This document shows, piece after piece, positions 21,262 through 33,200 of a DNA stretch of 64,000 nt. Source of the stretch: Diplonema japonicum (taxonomy: Eukaryota; Protista; Euglenozoa: Diplonemea); contig OZ025690.1 of NCBI GenBank assembly GCA_964019335.1, positions 434,001 through 498,000 of the forward strand, written 5' to 3'. The translations under genes and the position numbers were made by a program. Positions within the stretch are counted from its first letter, which is position 1. Each line of letters begins with the position of its first letter. The notes under the pieces are model-generated. The model saw only the letters and a program-made list of their open reading frames with translations. It was not told the DNA's origin and ran no database searches.

Positions 21262-24200
21262 TCACGAACGAGGCAGTGGGTGCATCTCAGTGCCAGGAGA
21301 ACTCGCAGGACTGTCACCCCCTTCCAAAGGGGAGTACGTCTTGCCCTTAAGGTAGCAGCAGAAAGACGCAGTGATCAAGAACAACAGCACAACTACCACG
21401 AACAGCACAACGAAGAGATACACAGGCGGGTCGTTAGATGATGATGGCGCGGCAGTGGTGGGGGTTGCAGTCGCCGGTGATGCTGTCGCTGCCACGGGCA
21501 CCTCAGGGTCGTTACCGAATGTAGGCAGCCCTTCTGAGCTGTTCCTAAGCCCCGTCCCCACGACGATCAGGTACGGCGGGCTGCTTGCTGCAAAGGCGCC
21601 GCTCTTGTCACGCAACGACTTCTCAACTTCTGCGTCGAGCACCTCCTCACAGCTGCCGTCCACAGTGAAGTCCACCATGGTTGCAGAGGTTGTGACCTGC
21701 AGCACCTCAGCACCAGGCGTCGTGTGCTTGCACGCAGACCACACAACACCGCCACTCACCTCAGGACAGTACCTCAGGACCTCCGGCATACCCCCACAGA
21801 TGCCCCCCAGCACCCCTTCAAACACAACAGACGAGAAGATGTCAGCAGAGATATTAACACGCAAGCGGTACCACACCCCCACAGGGGGGACCGCCGTGGA
21901 CGGTGACGCGGGCGCGGTTGTCACATTCGGTGTCGAGCCCACCGGTTGTGGGGTACGGGGTGGCGGGTTCGGCTGTGTAGTAGGCGTCGAGCCTGTGTCT
22001 GCATTAACATTGAAAGCAGCAACGGTGGCAGGCAGGTGGTCGATGCTGCACACGACAGACTCGTCGGCCACGCTGGTTGTGCGCGCGCCCTGCTGTTTCC
22101 ACCCTTCACTTGTGCTTGTGAGGCATCGCACGAATTCCCTGTCAGCCTCCTGACACGCGTCGCACTCCAACTCCACGCTGTACTTCACACCAGTGGCACC
22201 AGTAGCACTAGTACCGCGGACAGCCACAGCCCCCGTCACGGCTGCCTCGCTCCCTGTGAAGTACGACGACGAAGCGATCACAGTCACCTCTTCCGCAGAA
22301 CCTACTTCACGGAGGATGTTGACAGCACCCCCTAGCACGACAACCCTGCCCTCACCCCTTGTGGTGATGATGGCACCCGAACGTCTACCACCTTCGCCCA
22401 GAGGTGTCGTGTACTGCCCACCATTAGGCACCGCGGTGGCCACCTGCTGCAGGTAAGTAGACATCACAGCATCTAGCTGCAGGCTCAGTGCCGTGTTGTT
22501 GGCTGCTGCAGTGTCGATGAGCTCTTGCAGCTCTCGCAAGGTGCGCAGGACGTTGCTTTGCATCAACCTCAGATCCGACCCCGGCGTCCATGTGGGCAGC
22601 TTATCGACGAGCATCGAGCAGCACGCAGTGACCACCTGAGGCACGTCGACGGTGTGTCCCGCTCGTGCAAGGTTGGCACTGATCCCGCTCAGCTTCGAGA
22701 GTATGGAGCCAACAGTGTAAACAGTCAGCTGGGTGTTGGATGTGGTGATGCTGAGGATTGTCTGCAACAGCATGTCGGAACTGAGAGGGGTAGCACGGCG
22801 TCCCAAGACCAAGAAGACATCTAAGTTGCTAGTGGTTTCCTCATCTAGCACAGAGGCGCATAACTGGATATATTGCAGGCTGTTCGAGCCGCCTGCTTCC
22901 GTCGACGTGATAGAGTCGAAGCACCCGTCGATAAGGTCCTGCGCCTTGTCCTCCGTCTTCAGCACGAACACGTATGTGGAAGCCTCCCCTCTAAGACCTC
23001 TTGCGTCCTTGACTTCACCAATAATTTCCAAACCCTCGGGTGCCTCTGGTAGTATGATGTCTGTCGCTTGGCTGTCGTTCACGAAGCCGTTGGTGATGAC
23101 CTCCAGCTCACCAGGCAGGTAGGCCATGGTTGCTGGCCTCCTGTACGACAGGCGGTACTGGAATGGCGGCGTACCAGTGACCCCTCCGATTGTGAACGAC
23201 CAGGGTGAGGTGAGCGCCACCCCTACGTCTTCCTGCACGCAGCCCATCGACGACGACTCACACACGCCTACCACGGTGCCCACCACGGGAGGCATCTCGA
23301 CAACCACTGCTACCTCGCCGCAGCTTGGCTCGGCGCCTGTGTTCACGCACAACCGGAACACGTAAGTAACGCCTCCCTGAAGAACACCCGGCTTCACCCT
23401 CAGCACATCAGTCCCTGTGAGTGGAGTTTCGCACATGTCAGAAGTCACGTGGTTCGGAGCCGCTACATGCCACGAGTACCTGTTGTGGTTGTTGTTGTTT
23501 ATTAAACGGCCATACTGCTTGAAATCCACTGCTTTGCTCGCATGGCCCTGAAGCTGTGTGGCTTCTTTGCTGCTCTGCGGCACAGTCTGTTGATTTGTAT
23601 TTTCAAAAAAAGAGGGGAAATGGTGAAATGCAAACCTCATGGGAAACCGTGATAACAACCTGCCCCCCGGTCCTCTGATGAAACCTTTCAGCAATGAGGG
23701 ACTCGGGGTCAGCATGGGGGCAGAGGTAAAGCCCTGACAGGAGGAAGGTAGTCGACTGGTCTCCAAGAGAAAAGGCGGGTGTGGGGTTGGCAGTGCCAGT
23801 GTGCCCTTTGGTGGTGCAGGACGCATCGACGCAGAAGGTGACTGTCGTAGTGTCGGCCACCAGCGAGAGATAGTACCACGTGTCGAGGGTGACAGCTGCT
23901 GTGGTATGCTGCACGCCGTTCATGAGGAAGACAAAGTGCGACTCCTCGATGCTGATGCGGTACCCAGTGCTAGTGGTTGCGTCATGCTTTCCAACTACAT
24001 GGCAGGCTGTGCACCCTTCCATGTTTCTTACCCTCACCCACACCGACATTGTCATCACAGGCCACCAGAACGGGGCCCCTTCCGCCTTGAACACTCTCCC
24101 CACCACAAGGCTGTTCTCCTCATGCGTCACAGGCCCGCTCTCATAAGCAGTAAGCAGGTACGGTGATGGGTTGGTTGTGCCGGACTTCTTGAACATCTCG

Positions 24201-27200
24201 CCAACGGTGTGTGTTTCTAGGTTGTACAGATAGCAGGTTTCCTCTTCAGGTGCGTACCCTTCGTAGCTAAGGACACAGTCCCCTGTGCACGGCAAAGCAG
24301 TGCACTGCGGTGTGCAGAGGAACGCCGTCACGTTAACTAAGGTGGAGACCTCTAAGGTGACACCGTCGGCAAGGGGTGCTTGGAACTCTATGTAAGTAGC
24401 TGCAACAGACGTTATTGTTGCCTGTTTGCCATCTACGGTTACCTGCAGCTGCGTGTCTTGGCTGGTGGGGATGTTTACTCCCGTCGCCCTGACTACGTTG
24501 CCCCCTTTCCAGTTCACAACCCTAGGCGACAGGCCCACCAGGTATGGCGTCTTCACCTTGTCGTCGTATATATTGTTCAGCCTGGTGCTGTCCATGCCCT
24601 CCTCGCATAGCATCAGCTCCTCAAGTACGCCGCTCAAGTAGTCGTTGCCGGAGTTCCCTATTACAAGCTTGCCAGCGCCACCCCATGACAGCCCCACGTT
24701 CCTTATGGTAGATGCTTCCTTGCACTCCCTGTTCACGCAGACAGTCAGGACCGTGTGTGTGTCGACCACCTGTGTTTTGTTTTTATTTTTGTTTTTTGTT
24801 TCTTTCTTTTTTTTTTTTGAAGCTTCGAAGGAAAGAAATGTTGCCGTGACTTTTGGAGACATTTTATAAGCTCGTTGGTTGAGCGATAATTCTTCGGGAA
24901 ACGAATCCCCCGGTGTTGGGACACTTTAGAAGTTATAGACGTAAAAGTAGAAAAATTTAGAAGCAGAATCTTTTTGTGGGTTAGTTAGCATACCACGAAC
25001 GACATGGCTAGGAAGTGGAACTTGTTGTCGATGGATATCACGGGTCCATCCAGGCTGTACTCGCTTGTCTCGTCTATGCCCGCCATGCGCACGGTGGCTG
25101 TATGGTCCTGTCATGGATTACATAAGTATTGGCGTGAACATACCGCTCTACGTGTCAGTGTCACAGTGTACTGTGTAGGCCCCGCTGTCCTTCGAACCAG
25201 TGTTGTCACGCCGCCCTCTGCGGCGAGATTAGAGAAGGAGGGACTCGCTAGCTGCACCCATGTAGCAATGGTGTGGTTGCCGGTAAAGGCGAACTTATCG
25301 CTGTCAGAGGTGAGCAGTGTCGTCCCTGCGCTTCCTTTGAACACAAACCCGGCACCCTCGTCGGTGGTAGTGTAGCTGGTGCAACTGCAAGGTGTGAAGC
25401 TGCACACACACTCCGCCGCCAGTGTGGGTGATGACCCCTGGTCAGCAGCAACAAGAGACCTGTCGAATGTGTAATGGTGGCACAAGCCGCTCTGTTCCTC
25501 GATGCTTGCAGAACAGTCTAAGGTGTAAAAGCCAGTTTCACATGCACACTTTGCCACACCATTCACAAGGCTGCACTGTCCTCGACCACTGCAAGGCACC
25601 CCTGCAGCCACCCCAGGACATTCGAACTCACAGCTGTCACCTTTGTAGCCATCCTCGCATGTGCATGAGCCGCTACCCTCTCTTCCGTCGTTGCACGTAC
25701 CACGCGCGTTGCACACGAGGCCATTGTGCATTGGGCACTGGCTGCTGCACGACTCGTCGTAATACCCAGAGTTGCACATGCACATTCCGTCTCCACCTAG
25801 ACCGTCATTGCAGCTCCCGTGAACACATGGCCCACACTGGCTGCACCATGCACCAAAGAAGTCGTTGGCACATGACTCGCATAACGTACCTTGTCTCCCA
25901 ACTCCGCACACACACCCACCCGCCGTACAAGAACCCCTCCCGTTGCAGGGGTGCACCCACTTCACAGGCCCGATGATGACGAGCAGGTCGAAGTCTTTTG
26001 AAACACCAAAAGCATTGGTCACCTGCACCTTGAGTGTGAAGATCTGCGGGGAAAATCCAGCAGGAAGGAACCCTTGTGACTTCGGGTCGCTGATCCTCAC
26101 GTCGCCCGTGTAGCGGTCCACTGCAAAGAGGCGCTCTACGTTACCAGAAGACAGGGCCGTGGTGGAACTCAGAGCAAATGTAGTACCCGTGTTTCCATGC
26201 TCGTTTGGTGACCCGCATTGGTGCATGCAGAGCTGGGTTGATGCGTATGTTGGGTCACATGCTGGAAGCAGCGTGGTGGTGCTAGGCAGGTAGCAATACG
26301 TTGCGCACCAAGACACTGCTGTTGCAGTCAGCTCGCCAAGGGGCGTGAGAACCCATGCACACCCAGGTACGACGTCCTCGGGTAGGGTTACCCTCCCCAG
26401 CAACTCATGTCGGGACACCGGAAGTTCTACCGCAGGCAGCGTGGGTGTGAAGAACGCACCATGTGGCTCAGGAGAAGCTGCCTTGATGATGAGCTTCAGC
26501 GTGACAGAGTGTTGCAGAGATGGCCCGTAGACGGCAATGGCATCAAGCACGTATGTCCCTTCTACGGATGTTTCCTTCAGTACCATACTGCCCTCTGGAT
26601 CAATGAAGGCTGTCACTGTCTCGGTGCCACCTTCACGCAACAAGGCGACTTCCGTCACCCCGGTCACTTCTGTACCGTTTACAGCGATCTTTAGCGGCGT
26701 ACCATCATGAGCATATGTTCTGGAGAGGAGTCCCTTCCCAACAGGCACTCTGACCTCCTGCCCCAGTTCTGCCCCAATCACGACTTCGTCAACACCTGTC
26801 ATTACACGCTCCGCAGCTATAGTGTGCACAGTAAGGTCTGCAAACCTCGCATTCACAGCATCGTACGACATGATAGCCACCTTAGAGGGTGCGCCCAGTG
26901 CCTCGACAGCACTGCTAACCACCTGTAGACCATCCACGTGCACCACAACGTTGCTTCCGTTGACCCATACCCGCACATGGGTCGACGTGCCGCGTGGTGT
27001 AGCGTCTACCTCCCCGAGCCACGTGTAGGCACCGCCTCTGCCCATCATCATTTCCTCCCACAAAGCCTCACTCGCTATCTCTCCTTTTACCCTGCCCACC
27101 ATCACTCTGCGTGATGCACTGATGGTGACCAGTAGGCAGTCCACTCTTCCGTCGCGCACTTCCTTTGGCCATGATATTCCTGCTGCCAGTCCCACGTACC

Positions 27201-30200
27201 CCTGCTTGGGGATACCCAGGGCCACCTGGGCGATCAGTGGCATGCTGTATGTGTCAGCAGTGATATGGAAGATAGGTGACATGGCAGACTCGAGCACCGC
27301 CACAGGGCCCGCCAAAATGGTACCGACAGCACACGGCTCGCTGCAAGTTCCTGCAGGTCCCATAGTTTGTGTGCTGACGAAATGTTGTGTGGGAGCGAGA
27401 GGCTGGTGATTTGTGAGGATAGGTGTCGCGGGTTTGCTGCATATCCACCTCTTGGGAGTGCTGCAAGGGAGGTCTACCCACGGCTTGCTGCTATCGACCG
27501 TTTGATACTGCATGGCCGCGCACCTGCCGTACCGAGCTGGTCTTCCCGTGTGCCAGTTCGTGTAGATTGGCACAACACCGTCTGACCATGTCCATGCGTC
27601 CCAGACCCCCGATGGCAGTGACAGCATTGTCCATATGTCATCCTTCAGCAGCCCAGCCAAGAAGTCTGCCACATCAGGGGACTTAACTTCAACAAGTGTG
27701 GCGCTCATGAGTTCGCAGCTGAGCTTCGCCTCCTCCCATGGCCTTTCCATGCTGCTCTCTTTGTAGCACGTGTCACTAAAAAGATGCCAGTCGTCACCAC
27801 AAGAGTATTCCGGTCTGCACCCTACTTCACAAGCAGGACCTTCCCACCCGTTTGAGCACAGACATTTCCCGTCGCCGTCGCATGTCCCATGCCCATTGCA
27901 AACTCCGTTCGCAGTGTTGCCAGGACACACGTGTTCGCAAGAGCTGCCCACGTAGCCTGTCACGCAAGCACACGTGCCACGTGTCGATTCGTCACACGCC
28001 CCGTGCCCGTTACAAGGCCTCTGCAGACCACCGGGACATATCATGTTGCATTCCGGGTAATTATACCTCCCAAAGGAGCAACGCTCACAAGCAGTCCCCA
28101 CGTTGTACAGGTTACACTGGCAGCCTTCAGACGTGCACACACCACGTCCCGTGCACTCCTGGGGGCCCGTGCTTTTGACAGTGAGCTCGTACGAGTACTC
28201 CTCGCCAGTGCACGCACAGCCTGGTGGCTGGTTGCATTGCAGTGTGGTAGCAAGGCAGGAATCTCCGCAAGGGTTGGTGTTCAGACACACCACGCAGCAC
28301 GAGCGCGTATAAGGCTGAGTAACAGGACAAATCTCAGTGCAATAATCACCTGAGAACGAGTCGCTGCATATGCACTTGCCCGTCCCTTCAGAACCGTCGT
28401 CACATACGCCACGGTTGTTGCAGATGGCATCCGGCCAACCAGGACACCTGCCCCCGCAGCCAGGTCCGAAGGTGCCTTTTGGGCAATCGCAAACCCCAAC
28501 CTCAGGAGTGACCTCGTTGTGCTTGCAACGCAATGGGTCTCCGCAAGGTGCTTCGGGATCGAATGCAAGAGGGTCGGTCACAACATCAGATGGAAGCTGA
28601 GCGGCGTCACCGCCATTAGTGCGTGTTATTACATCGCCGTAGAAGTATGCCGTGAAGATGGAGGGGATGGTCTGCCCTGTCATGGTGGGCAGCGCACATT
28701 TCCTCTCGCACCCCGTCTCGAGTACCCATCCCTGCGAAGTCTTGCACACATCACACTGCATCCCTGACCACCCATAGCTGCATGAACACGTGCAGTACCC
28801 ACCAACCACTGCGGAAGCCCCACGGTTGTTGCAGAAGTTTGCAGTGCATTGGCAGTTGTGCTCAACGCCAACATTGTCAGGAGTGTCTGCGGCGCATTGT
28901 GTGCAGTTACCATTGTACCCAGCAGGGCAGATGCCACACGGCGCACTACCACTTGACGGTCCCCAGTAGCCATCGCAAGCACAACTAGTGCACGCACTGC
29001 TTGGTCCGTATGTAGCACATGTTCCATGTCCTGAACAAGGTGTGCAATCAGGGTAATCAAAGTACCCCTGATTGCACATGTCACAAGACGTGCCTGTGAA
29101 TTGCGACAGGCATGTGTCGCACAACACGCCTTGCCACTGGTTGTCGCATTCGCATGCGCAGTTAGGCCCCGAGACTCCATTGGCGCACTCAGGGCACTTC
29201 ATGCAACCAGTGTTCATGTCGCCCGTCCACCCAACACTGCAAACAGCGCAGTCGAGCTCCGCATCAAACCCTGATGTGCACACACTACAGTCAACGCCAG
29301 TCCACATTGCCCTGCACACACAGCCGCACGAAGACTCATCTGAAGCAAATGATGAAGCAGCATGGCCACTGCAGTGCACAACAATGTCACATGCCACACA
29401 ATTAGGGTAGCCAACGTGCTCCACCGCACACCCTGTGCACGTCGTGTTGAAGACCGAGGGGCAAGTACTGCAGTCGTCGCCCGTCCAGTGCTGGAGGCAG
29501 GTGCAAACGCATGCTGACATGTCCACATTGCTGGTGACACCCAGCGCATTGCCACTGCAATGCTCATCTATGGTGCACTTCGCGCAATCGCTGCCATAAT
29601 GGCCTGCAGCGCATGCGTCACAATTCGTCCCAGAGAACTGCGGGGGGCACAACTCACATTTATTTCCCGTCCAGTTATTTTCACAGCTTGAACAGGTACA
29701 CGTGCTTGAGCTTCTGCAAGGCATGTTGCTAGAGTAGCACTGCGAAGCAGAGACGTTCCACGTGCACGAAGTGTGAGCAGACGCAGTCCAAGTGCCTTGC
29801 GAGGTGAGAACCTCGCCACACGTACCACACTCGCTCGAAGAGCAGCTATTCACATCGCCAGGATACCCGCTGATGGCGGTCCCTCTGCCGTTACAGTGGT
29901 CGTCGTTGGTGCACACCTCGCACCTTGGGTAGTTGTTCAGCGTGTACACCTCCTGCACAGGGTCCCATCCCGAGTTGCATGCATCACAGTCGGCACCCGA
30001 GAAGGTCGCGGGGCAGCTCTCGCAGCGGCTACCTGTCCAGCTGTTACGGCAGGTGCACAAGCACTGTCCTCGTACTGAGCTTACGGAAGTTGCTCTCCCA
30101 AGACAGTCAATACTGATCGAGCATGGTCTGCAATTCTCCCCCACGTGGCCTGGCATGCAGTCCCTGCAGTTCGAAGCCTCATCATAGTTCGAAGGACACA

Positions 30201-33200
30201 CACTGCAATCGGTACCCGACCATTGGTTACTACATTCACACACACAAGTCGTTTTGTGAAGATCTGCTGCAACAGACGTTGCATGGCTGCTGCAGTGCGT
30301 GGTGATGTCGCATGCAACGCACAGTGGGTAGCCTATCCTGCCAGAGGCACAGCTACTACATTTATCGTTGACTTGTGCGAATTTCTCAGGACACAGGGAG
30401 CAATCGGAACCCGTCCACTGATCCATGCAAACCTCGCAGAGGCAGCCATTTGCATCACTAGACACCACCAATGCATTCCCCGAGCAGTGGACATCATTGC
30501 GGCACGGCTCGCAGAAGATACCGTGGTACCCAGGAGAACATGCGCTGCAATTCTGCCCTGTGAAGTGTGGTTTGCACTCCTCGCAAGTAGGTCCTTCGTA
30601 GTTGTTGTAGCATTCACACGAGCAGTGTGTCTGTTGTGCATCGATGACGTGTGCCCCACCTACACAAGATGTGTCGCATTGAGTGCAGTTCGGGTAGTTC
30701 ACCAGACCTGGAGCGCAAGAGCTACAGGTGACTTGGTCATAGGCCACGGGGCACACAGAACAATCAGAGCCTGACCACTGGTCCTGGCACGCGCACACAC
30801 ACTGCGTGTAGGTCGGGTCAGATACTACCACCGAGGCATGTCCTGAACACGAAGTGGTAACGTCACACTTTCGGCAGATGTACCCCTCCACGCTCAAGTA
30901 ACGCTCGTAGCCCCCGGCACACCTGTCACAGTCATCACCTGCCATACTGTCAGGACACGATTCACATGCCAAACCACTCCAGAAATTGCGGCACATGCAC
31001 ATGCACCCAAGTCCAAAGAAATCAGGCAAAGTCTGTCTAGCATGCCCATTGCAGTGCTGCTCAGATGAACACAGATCACAATTCAGACCCACGTGGCCAA
31101 AGGCGCAAGTCGAACAGTCACTCATCATGTTGTAGTTGAGTGGACACTGGGAGCAGCTAGGACCTTCCCAGTGGTTTCTGCATGCACAGGAACACGTCGT
31201 CTGTGACACGTCAGGCACAGCTGCCGTGGCGTGGTTAGAGCAGTGCTGGGCCACACTGCACGGCATGCATGATGGGTATCCGATGTGGCCTGTGGAGCAG
31301 CGGTCGCATGCAACGCCGGTAAAGCCAGCACTGCACAGGCACTGGCATGCCGTTTGGGCGGCATTGGTAACTACGAGGTCGGCATGGTTATTGCAGTACA
31401 CGTCGTTGCTGCATTCTATGCAAGAGGGGTAAGCTATTCTGGCAGCTGCGCAAGAAGAACAGTCTTCCGCGAACACCGACGGGCACAGTGAGCACTGTGG
31501 TCCCATCCATTGCTCCCGGCAGGCACACTCGCACGTCGCATCAGTACGGCTGTAGCATATAGCGCTAGAAGGTGCCCCTGCAGATGCTTTCCCTCGCAGC
31601 GCAGCAGCATTGGTGCAGCCCGTCCTTATCCAGCCCACCGCATCAGGTGGTGTGCTGCTTGTGGTATACAGAGCACACCACCCAAGAGGCCCTATCCCAT
31701 AACCCACGCACCATCCACCACTGCAAAGTTTTTTGCAAGATGTTTCAGTCACGTTCATTTTGTACCACCCAGCTGTGCACCCGTCACTGCCCCAGCACAT
31801 CCCGAGCCCCACGGCTTTGAAACCCGCCACAAGCTGTACACTCACACTGTTGGCGTTTGATGAGCAGTCCGTTTCAGTGCTGCACAAACTGCAGCTGCCG
31901 TCAGATAACTGCACATAAGGACTCAGACATGCAGCACACTCCACACCGCCGTATGGTAGTGGACAGAATGAACAGTCACTGCCTGTCCAGCGGTTCGCAC
32001 ATGTGCACACGCACCTCCCTCCCTCAAACACTACACTGCCATGATTGTTACAGTGACTAGTTGTGCAGTTACCGCAGTTAGGGAAGACGTCCTCCAGCAG
32101 AGTACAACCGCCACACCCGAGCAGGCCTTCGGTCTCATTGAATTCGGGTGGGCACACATCGCAGCCAGAGCCCGTCCAGCCATTAGCACACCCGACGCAT
32201 GTGCAACCGTCTTGGGTGGGGTTCGTGACAACCGAATTCGCCCGCCCGCTGCAGTGTATATCCACATCACAGGCCGTGCACGTAGGATAGTTGTACCTTC
32301 CCACTGCACACTGATTGCAGGATGTGCCATAATGTGACGGGCAGATAGAGCAATCAGGGGCATCCCATTGCCCGCTGCATGTACACGAGCATACGCCGTT
32401 CACCGCAGCAACAACACCATTTCCCGAACAGTCTTGTTGTTCATTGCACAGCCTACAGCTGGGTCCCACTCGCCCGCTGGCACAGTGCAAACATGTTGTG
32501 TTCTCGTACTGAGCACCACACACGCTGCAATCAGGACCTTCCCAGTTGTTAGCGCATGTGCACACGCATGCATCACGGAGGCTGTTTGACATCACTAATA
32601 AAGCGTGCCCACTGCAATGCACATCGACTTCGCAGGCAAGACAATCGGGGTAATTGATGTGCCCTGCTGCACAGGTGTCGCAGTTTTCTCCTTCATACTG
32701 TCCAGGGCAGACGGAACACGACAGGCCGGTCCAGGGATACTTACAGGCGCACATGCATTTCGTGTGCTCCGCATCAGAGGTGACGCTCGTGGCATGCCCG
32801 CCGCAGTGCTGAGCATTATTGCACTTCTGGCATGTGGGGAATGAAATATACTCATCAGCACATTGGTCACACAGAGTGCCAGCGAAAGGCACTTGGCACG
32901 TGCACGTGCATGTTGCTCTATCAGGCGAACTACTGATAACAGCAGAGCCGGCACCACATTGTGTGACACAGCTCTCGCAAGAAGGCAGCACATATCCAGA
33001 AGCGCATGTTGCGCACCCGCTTGAAGCATCGTACTGCTCGGGGCACACGTCACAAACACTTCCTTGCCAGAAATCTTTGCACACACATGTGCACTGACCC
33101 ACAGCGACGACAGCAGATGCAGCACCCACACCACAGGAACTAATATCGCACGCAACGCACGCAGGCGCTTCACCATAGTACTGCTCTGCACACCCAGTGC

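Noticed and set aside
25111-25113. TGA readthrough, selenocysteine or frameshift explanations for the breaks in the giant gene; pseudogene call
   Set aside because: Each break lies within a canonical GT-AG intron whose removal restores the frame and domain continuity.
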